IMG/VR virus record: IMGVR_UViG_2724679462_000002
Span: 64,001-128,000 of that record
DNA from: a virus
Lineage: Duplodnaviria; Caudoviricetes
DNA: 64,000 nucleotides
Direction: 5' to 3' (one strand)
The notes under the pieces are model-generated. The model had not been told where the DNA came from, ran no database searches, and saw nothing but the letters and a program-made list of their open reading frames with translations. Position numbers and translations under genes: made by a program. This document shows positions 58,096 through 64,000 of the stretch, one piece after another. Positions within the stretch are counted from its first letter, which is position 1. Each line of letters starts with the position of its first letter.

Positions 58096-58201
58096 ACCGC
58101 GAATAGATTGCAGGGCGATTTTTATTTCCCCAGGCAATCGTAAGAAGCACCGCAGCAAAACGATCCCCAATCAAGCAGTTGCACCAAGCAAGGAGAACAC
58201 G

Positions 58202-59728
58202 GTGGGCGTATTCCTCCAACTCGTGAACCAAGACGAAGTGTTCAATCACTTCTCGTCGAAGGAACCGATCATCATCAACGACCTCTCGGACACGTCCGAA
58301 GAGGAAAAAGAACACATCTACAACCTGATCTTCACGAAGTACGATCTGATCAACTCGGATCTGCTCTCGAACATCCCCGCATGCGACTGCGGCAACACGG
58401 TCGGCGTCGACAAGCTCGGCGACGGGAAGTACATCAAGGCTGTCGTGTGTCCGGACTGCCACACCGAGGTGACAGCACCGCATCAGCGCGATCTCGAGCC
58501 CTTGATCTGGCTGCGTGCACCGAACGGCGTTACCGCGCTGATCAATCCGACGGTCTGGACGATGATCGCAGAGCGCTTCGAGAAGAGCAACTTCGACGTG
58601 ATGCGCTGGATCGTGGACGTGAATTACAAGCCGGCTGTGAAGGAGCCGCCTGTGATGGAGTACATCCGCAAGTCAAACATCCCGCGCGGCTACAACCATT
58701 TCGTCGAGAACTTTGATCAGATCATGGACTTCATGTTCAATCTGAAGTTCTACAGCAAGAAAAAGCTCGCCCCGCTTAAGCAGCTGCTGCAGGAACAGCG
58801 CGATTGCGTCTTCTCGAAATACATGCCGCTGCCGAACCGTTCGCTGCTCGTGCTCGAAGACACGAACCACGGCTCTTACACGGACGCGACCGCACCTGTT
58901 GCTGTGGATGCGATCCTGATGATGGTCGGCATTGACGCGCCGCTCTCTGTCCACTCCGAGCGAGTGAAGGAGAACCGCACGATCAAGATGATCATCCAGA
59001 CGGCGCAGTATTACGACGAGACGATGCGCACGGTGTTGGCGAAGAAGGAAGGCATCTTCCGTAAGCACGTGTACGGCACGCGAGCCCACTTCAGCTTCCG
59101 CGCAGTGATCAGCTCGCTCACGGATCGCCACGACTACGACGAAGTCCACATTCCGTGGGGAATCGGGATCGCGGTGTTCGAACTGCATCTGAAGAACCGC
59201 ATGATGCGCCAAGGCATGACGCCGTCCGAAGCGGATGCGTACCTGTTGGACCATGCAGCGAAGTACTGCCCGATGCTGGACCAGATGTTCCGCGACTTCA
59301 TCGAGCGTTCGCCGTACAAGGGCGTACCGATCGTGCTGCAACGCAATCCGTCGCTGGCGCGTTCGTCGGCACAGGCCATGTTCATCACGAAGGTGAAGAA
59401 CGAGCCCGCGATCCCGACGATCTCGATGAGCATTCTGTCGGTGGTCGGCTTCAACGCGGACTTTGACGGCGACCAGCTCAACGCGACGCTGTCGCTCGAC
59501 TTCGTGACGGCCGAGGAGCTGTATCGACTGGCACCGCATCAGAGCGTGTTCGACATGAACGCGCCGCGTACGGTGTCGCGCAATCTGTCGATGCCGAAGA
59601 CCGTGATCGCGACGATCAGCAACTGGATCCACTGGGACGAACCGGAGCAAGCCGACCCGGAAGTCTTGCGTCGTATGGCAGCCATTCCCGAAGCCGCTCC
59701 GGTGGAACCGGTTTCGGCCGTTCATTAA
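58202..59728 (+). CDS. Non-virion RNA polymerase beta' N-terminal subunit (phiKZ gp55-like), uninterrupted
   Basis: 508 aa, GTG with AAGGAG RBS; Zn finger CDCG..CPDC, KKEGIFRKHVYGTR, RAVIS, QRNPSL, catalytic NADFDGDQ. Confidence 0.92.
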   Translation: MGVFLQLVNQDEVFNHFSSKEPIIINDLSDTSEEEKEHIYNLIFTKYDLINSDLLSNIPACDCGNTVGVDKLGDGKYIKAVVCPDCHTEVTAPHQRDLEPLIWLRAPNGVTALINPTVWTMIAERFEKSNFDVMRWIVDVNYKPAVKEPPVMEYIRKSNIPRGYNHFVENFDQIMDFMFNLKFYSKKKLAPLKQLLQEQRDCVFSKYMPLPNRSLLVLEDTNHGSYTDATAPVAVDAILMMVGIDAPLSVHSERVKENRTIKMIIQTAQYYDETMRTVLAKKEGIFRKHVYGTRAHFSFRAVISSLTDRHDYDEVHIPWGIGIAVFELHLKNRMMRQGMTPSEADAYLLDHAAKYCPMLDQMFRDFIERSPYKGVPIVLQRNPSLARSSAQAMFITKVKNEPAIPTISMSILSVVGFNADFDGDQLNATLSLDFVTAEELYRLAPHQSVFDMNAPRTVSRNLSMPKTVIATISNWIHWDEPEQADPEVLRRMAAIPEAAPVEPVSAVH

Positions 59729-59741
59729 CGCGAGGTGAGAA

Positions 59742-60362
59742 ATGGTAATGGTCGTTCAGGGTAATACCCAGACGTTCAACAGTCTCGTGTATGGCGCTCA
59801 AAAACACCCGGGCACCCTCGCGTTTCTGGAGAACCAGGTCCAGCAGTTCAGTGGAGCACTGACCGAGTTCGGTCAGGCATTCTTCAACTCGGCGAAGCAT
59901 CTCTACGACAGCTTCAACAGTTCGGAAGCGATCCGCATTGCGCGGGCAGCGACGCGCAAATTCGACAGCCTCTTCATGAGCGACAAGATCCAGACCATCT
60001 GGGATCTGGGCAGGCTGCAACATGCCCCGCTCACGATGCAGCGCTGGATCATGGCGCAGGAAGATGTGCGTACGCTCTATCACCAGCAGCGTTGCGATGG
60101 CTATTCGCAGACGTATTGCGACGTCGAGCCGGGTCGTCGTGGTGTTGAGCAGTACGACTGGCGCCGCATTCATCACGGCGTGGTGCAGGACACGGAAGAC
60201 GGTGGCTGGGTCGTTCACCACTATCTCGACGAGATTCACGAAGGCGATCGCGAACTGGAGTTTGAGGAGAAGGCAGACGTCCTCAACACCCACGACGTGA
60301 TCCGCGCGTATGTCGAGATGGGTCAGGACGATCCGACCTCGAAGTGGAACGAAAGGCTCTAA
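59742..60362 (+). CDS. Conserved phiKZ-like hypothetical protein (206 aa)
   Basis: GAGGTG RBS; LQHAP..MQRWIMA, CDGYS.TY and DDPTS blocks; lies in the core block after nvRNAP. Confidence 0.75.
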   Translation: MVMVVQGNTQTFNSLVYGAQKHPGTLAFLENQVQQFSGALTEFGQAFFNSAKHLYDSFNSSEAIRIARAATRKFDSLFMSDKIQTIWDLGRLQHAPLTMQRWIMAQEDVRTLYHQQRCDGYSQTYCDVEPGRRGVEQYDWRRIHHGVVQDTEDGGWVVHHYLDEIHEGDRELEFEEKADVLNTHDVIRAYVEMGQDDPTSKWNERL

Positions 60363-60484
60363 GAAACGACGCCCGGGAGATGAAGGTCTTCCGGGTCTCC
60401 TTTCGTATTCCTTTCTTTTTTGCTTGGTCGAACGGTATCGATCGGCAGATTTTATGTCTCCCTTAGATACTGTGAGTCCCAATC

Positions 60485-60919
60485 ATGCCAACTCCCGTGC
60501 CGTCTCTGTCTACTGCTGGCTGGGTCGTATCCCCGCAGCAGAAAGCCGACTTGTTGATGGCGCACATCTACGAGTCGATGAACAACCAGACGTACATGTA
60601 CCCCGGCAACATCACCAGCATTCAGTATGTGATCGAGAAGCACGCTGGTGACATCCCCGGCACGTGTCAGGCGATTCAGGTCGCGATGGAAACGTACCTG
60701 CAGCGCTACTACGACGACGCGACCGTCCAAGTCGCGAGCGACAACAGCGACGGGACCAGTCTCGTGACGCTGATGGTTTACGCGCAGGTCACCGAGGACG
60801 GAGTGACGTACCCGTATTCGGGACTCATCCAGGCAAGTAATTCCAAGTTCATCAAAGCCGTGAATTTGAACAACACCGGAAAGTCGGTAGCGGCCAACGT
60901 CATCCAACAAGCATCATGA
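60485..60919 (+). CDS. Conserved phiKZ-like protein (144 aa)
   Basis: PVPSLSTAGWV...KAD start; stop overlaps the next gene. Confidence 0.75.
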   Translation: MPTPVPSLSTAGWVVSPQQKADLLMAHIYESMNNQTYMYPGNITSIQYVIEKHAGDIPGTCQAIQVAMETYLQRYYDDATVQVASDNSDGTSLVTLMVYAQVTEDGVTYPYSGLIQASNSKFIKAVNLNNTGKSVAANVIQQAS

Positions 60920-61518
60920 TTTCCGACATCAAACCCATCACGCCTCCGGGCCCCGCGTTCGAAGAAGTGCCCACGCCGAATAAGACGCCGGGCTGGTTGG
61001 AAAGCCTATTTCGCCAGATCAACAAATCGATCCTCGACGTCGTGCATTTCGCGCAACACGAATATCTCGACTACCGCAAGCTTCCGCATGCCCTGAAGAC
61101 TAGTGAAGTCCTGACCAAGCCGCAACTGCAGCAGGACCGTACGATCATCGTTCAGACGGTGTTCCCGATCGCGACGGAGAACTGTTTCGTGGTTGTCTAC
61201 ACACCGGTCTTCGAAAATGGCGAAGACGCGATGCTGGGTCAGCAGCCCGACGACGTCGCGGTCGTCGACTTCAAGCTCTTCTGTTATCAGGAGCGCGGCC
61301 GCTTCGTCTACGAGAACGTCCCGCAAACCCCAACGCCCCCCGTTGCTGCGGAACTCAAGCGCCAGGCGCATGCACTGGGATTGCGCAACATGCAGTTCCT
61401 GTACTTCACCGTGCTCACGCCGAACGTGGTCGAGGCCTTCGACGATCCGAACGGCTACAGCAAGCCGCAAGCGAAAGTCACCGAAGTCTCTGACGGTCCG
61501 ACGCCCGCAGCCGACTAA
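60916..61518 (+). CDS. Hypothetical protein (200 aa)
   Basis: ATGA overlap; operonic. Confidence 0.7.
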   Translation: MISDIKPITPPGPAFEEVPTPNKTPGWLESLFRQINKSILDVVHFAQHEYLDYRKLPHALKTSEVLTKPQLQQDRTIIVQTVFPIATENCFVVVYTPVFENGEDAMLGQQPDDVAVVDFKLFCYQERGRFVYENVPQTPTPPVAAELKRQAHALGLRNMQFLYFTVLTPNVVEAFDDPNGYSKPQAKVTEVSDGPTPAAD

Positions 61519-61529
61519 GGAGTCTGCGT

Positions 61530-62159
61530 ATGAACCAGCCCGCGAACAAGTTTCAAGCAGCACGCGCTCGTGTAACGTACGGACGCGAAGAGGGCCAGTC
61601 GAACTTCATCAATACGATCGCGGCGAGTCTCAACGCCATCGCTTCGGAAGATGTCGCGCGCCTGCCGGAGGATCTCTTCTCGAAAGTCTTCCTGCCGCTT
61701 CTCGCCGGCGACGCGGAACTCCCGCACAAAGTCACGGTTGCCGACTGGATCTCGATTGCTGGCACGCCGTACAAGTCCGTCGACGTGTTTGAACCGGCGA
61801 CCGACAAGGTGCTTTTCCGGGTGCCACCCCTGTTTGACTATCAGGGTGTGAACCCGGTCCGCGACCCAGCGGACCGGCGGCTAACGCCGATTCAGGATGT
61901 CGTCAAGCTGGCGGATCAGTACTCCCACCTGCACCCGATGGCGGGCGTGAATTATTTGCGCAACGTTTTGGGTCAGCGCGCGACGCTCATGAACACGAGC
62001 GACAAGCTCCGCAAACACGCTGCCGCGTGGAACGAGATCCTGACGCGGTACGGTCGCCCTCCTCTCTTCGCAGCGGAACAAGCACCGGCCGCTGCTCCCG
62101 CGCAAGCGTCGGGAACGGCACCCACACAGGGAGAAGAGCCCGAGTATGAGGACTTCTGA
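61530..62159 (+). CDS. Conserved phiKZ-like hypothetical protein (209 aa)
   Basis: TAAGGAG RBS; LPE..F..VFLP, WISIAGTPY and LFRVPPL blocks. Confidence 0.75.
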   Translation: MNQPANKFQAARARVTYGREEGQSNFINTIAASLNAIASEDVARLPEDLFSKVFLPLLAGDAELPHKVTVADWISIAGTPYKSVDVFEPATDKVLFRVPPLFDYQGVNPVRDPADRRLTPIQDVVKLADQYSHLHPMAGVNYLRNVLGQRATLMNTSDKLRKHAAAWNEILTRYGRPPLFAAEQAPAAAPAQASGTAPTQGEEPEYEDF

Positions 62160-63264
62160 CCTCAAAGTTGCCACCGTCAGTGATATTCATCTCGGCGCTA
62201 AGCGCACACCGACGCGTGACATCATCAAGAACTTGAAGGCCGCCTTCCCGGATAACGAGGAGACGGCCGAACTCGACATGATCTGCCTCGTAGGGGACGT
62301 GTTCGATACGTTGTTGTCGTTGAATGACGAAGATTTGGTAGAGATCGATTTCTGGATCGCTCACCTGCTGCGCCTGTGCAAAAAGCACGACATCGTGCTC
62401 TACGTCCTCGAGGGGACGCCGAGTCACGACTGGCGCCAGTCGGAGCGGTTCGTCTCTATCAATGAGATCGCAGGCATTGGCGCTAATCTCAAATATGTTA
62501 AAGACATTTCCGTCGAGTACGAACCCTCCCTGGACATCTGGGTTGGGTTCGTACCCGACGAGAGTGCGCCGACAACAGACCAAACTCTTAGCCAAATCTA
62601 CGACCTGCTCCGAGCCAAAGGACTCGAACAGGTAGATCTGATGTTCATGCACGGGCAATTCGAATATCAGCTCCCGCCCCACGTCAAAGCACAGAAGCAT
62701 GACTCGGAAGCGTATCTCCGGATCACGCGCATGGGCGTCTTCATCGGACACGTCCATATCCAGTCGACCTACAAGTGGATCTACGCCCAAGGTTCCTTCG
62801 ATCGTCTCGGTCACGGTGAAGAAGAGCCGAAGGGACATTTCCGCGCGACCTTCCATCCGAACGGCGATCGCGATGTCGTGTTCGTCGAGAACGCTGGTGC
62901 CCGCAAATTCATCACGGTGTACTGCATGCACATGTCGGTCGAGGACTCGCTGCTCGAAATCGAGCGCCGCGTGAAGCACCTGCCCGATAACTCGGCGGTC
63001 CGTTTGGAGGCGAACTACGACCATCCGCTGTTCGCGGACATGGATGCGCTAATGCGGATCTATCCGCAGTTCGTCTGGAGCAAGAACCCGAAAGACGCGG
63101 ACGAAGTGGAGGAGCCCGCGCTTGAAGAGGGAACGGTGGAGTTCGTGCCTATCACGATCACACGCGAAAACATTGTCGAGCTACTCTCCGAGCGCCTGCA
63201 ATCCATGGGCGTCTCGGCGGACATGATCGCCATTGCACAAACAAAAATCGATGAGGTGAGGTGA
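62146..63264 (+). CDS. SbcD/Mre11-like metallophosphoesterase nuclease
   Basis: SDIHLG, GDVFD, GTPSHD, MHG and GHVH phosphoesterase motifs; GSFDRL.HGEE..KG. Confidence 0.88.
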   Translation: MRTSDLKVATVSDIHLGAKRTPTRDIIKNLKAAFPDNEETAELDMICLVGDVFDTLLSLNDEDLVEIDFWIAHLLRLCKKHDIVLYVLEGTPSHDWRQSERFVSINEIAGIGANLKYVKDISVEYEPSLDIWVGFVPDESAPTTDQTLSQIYDLLRAKGLEQVDLMFMHGQFEYQLPPHVKAQKHDSEAYLRITRMGVFIGHVHIQSTYKWIYAQGSFDRLGHGEEEPKGHFRATFHPNGDRDVVFVENAGARKFITVYCMHMSVEDSLLEIERRVKHLPDNSAVRLEANYDHPLFADMDALMRIYPQFVWSKNPKDADEVEEPALEEGTVEFVPITITRENIVELLSERLQSMGVSADMIAIAQTKIDEVR

Positions 63265-63268
63265 TGGA

Positions 63269-64000
63269 ATGCAGCTGACGAATGCAGGCATTGCCGAGCG
63301 TGCTGTTGGTCAGTATCCCCTCTCCGTCGCCACGTCGCTGGCGATTGAGAGTGCCAACGGAATTCACCCGGAAATCCCGGTGGACTCTCCGCCTATCCTC
63401 AAGTACGAGGAGCTGTGGGTCAACGGTAAAACCTTGTTCCGCAACTTCATTGGTGCGCTCGACAAGGTTACGGCCGGAAGCGTGATACCGGAAGAGATCG
63501 CGGCAAACCTTGACGACGAGATGGAGCAGATCAGCCAGATCGTCGCCGAGAGCAGCAGTGGTCGCTGCAAGGTCGTGTTCTACGTGAACAACATGACGAA
63601 TCTCGTCCCGCGCTATCGCTACGCCACCCTGCGTAAGGACAACACCCCTAAGCAGATGGAGTACTCGGCCATTCTGAAGAAGACGCTCGCGCTCATGCTG
63701 GCTGAAAACAAGACGCGGCCCTTTCCGATCCTGACTTTCGATCGTCTGCTCAGCCCACTTCAAGAAGTCACGCCGAAGCTTCTGCTGTTGACGCACGTCG
63801 CGTACGACCTGCTCTCGGCTAAAAACTTTCGCAGCGTCACGCTGCTGGAATCGCATACGGGACGACTTAAAGACAAAGCGCTCTGGTACACGAAGTACAC
63901 CAATGGGCGCGACCTGATCATGCTGCCGTTTCGCGAAGACCTCATGCAGGTCTTTGGCGATAACGAAACGTTCGTTCCGATGCCGATCAAAGTTCGAAAG
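63269..64000 (+). CDS. 3'-truncated conserved phiKZ-like protein following the SbcD-like gene (not in the ORF track)
   Basis: ATG with GAGGTG RBS; MQLTNAGIAERAVGQYPLSVATSLAIE...WVNGKTLFRN...LTH..YDLL...LLESHTG; open to the window end. Confidence 0.75.
   Translation, partial: MQLTNAGIAERAVGQYPLSVATSLAIESANGIHPEIPVDSPPILKYEELWVNGKTLFRNFIGALDKVTAGSVIPEEIAANLDDEMEQISQIVAESSSGRCKVVFYVNNMTNLVPRYRYATLRKDNTPKQMEYSAILKKTLALMLAENKTRPFPILTFDRLLSPLQEVTPKLLLLTHVAYDLLSAKNFRSVTLLESHTGRLKDKALWYTKYTNGRDLIMLPFREDLMQVFGDNETFVPMPIKVRK

Noticed and set aside
1-64000. CRISPR array, canonical tRNA/rRNA genes, integrase/transposase, inteins, DGR or retron reverse transcriptase
   Set aside because: By eye I found no regularly spaced direct repeats, canonical cloverleafs, intein termini in terL/PolB/RNAP, or RT motifs; a tRNAscan/cmscan run is still advisable.
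1-64000. Genome-wide stop-codon reassignment
   Set aside because: TAA, TAG and TGA all end well-supported genes and coding density is high under the standard code; only the single UGA at 19700 is anomalous.

Overview
This window is a 64-kb segment of a GC-rich phiKZ-like, nucleus-forming jumbo phage (Chimalliviridae-type). Gene order: tail region with a ~2375-aa tail protein carrying a GH19-type muralytic domain; virion RNA polymerase beta' and beta subunits; prohead protease; tail tube, sheath and baseplate genes; large terminase; PhuZ tubulin; B-family DNA polymerase; chimallin (nuclear shell); non-virion RNAP beta' N-half; and an Mre11/SbcD nuclease. The vRNAP beta gene is split by an ORF-less group I intron at 13462-13849. 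phiKZ gp numbers quoted are from recalled synteny and motifs, not from a search. Items the core genes do not explain: (1) ~1.4 kb of densely base-paired non-coding sequence, including a tRNA-like four-arm element, wrapped around a phage acyl carrier protein gene just downstream of phuZ; (2) a tandem array of 6-7 diverged paralogues; (3) a 29-codon Zn-ribbon micro-ORF with an in-frame UGA followed by a SECIS-like hairpin; (4) a family of hairpins ending in TTATG(C/A)CG instead of a U-tract; (5) a histone-H1-like/XRE fusion; (6) a GIY-YIG endonuclease fused in frame to a DUF488-like protein; (7) two AT-richer inserted membrane or secreted-protein genes. All RNA structures were paired by eye and need covariance-model and expression tests.
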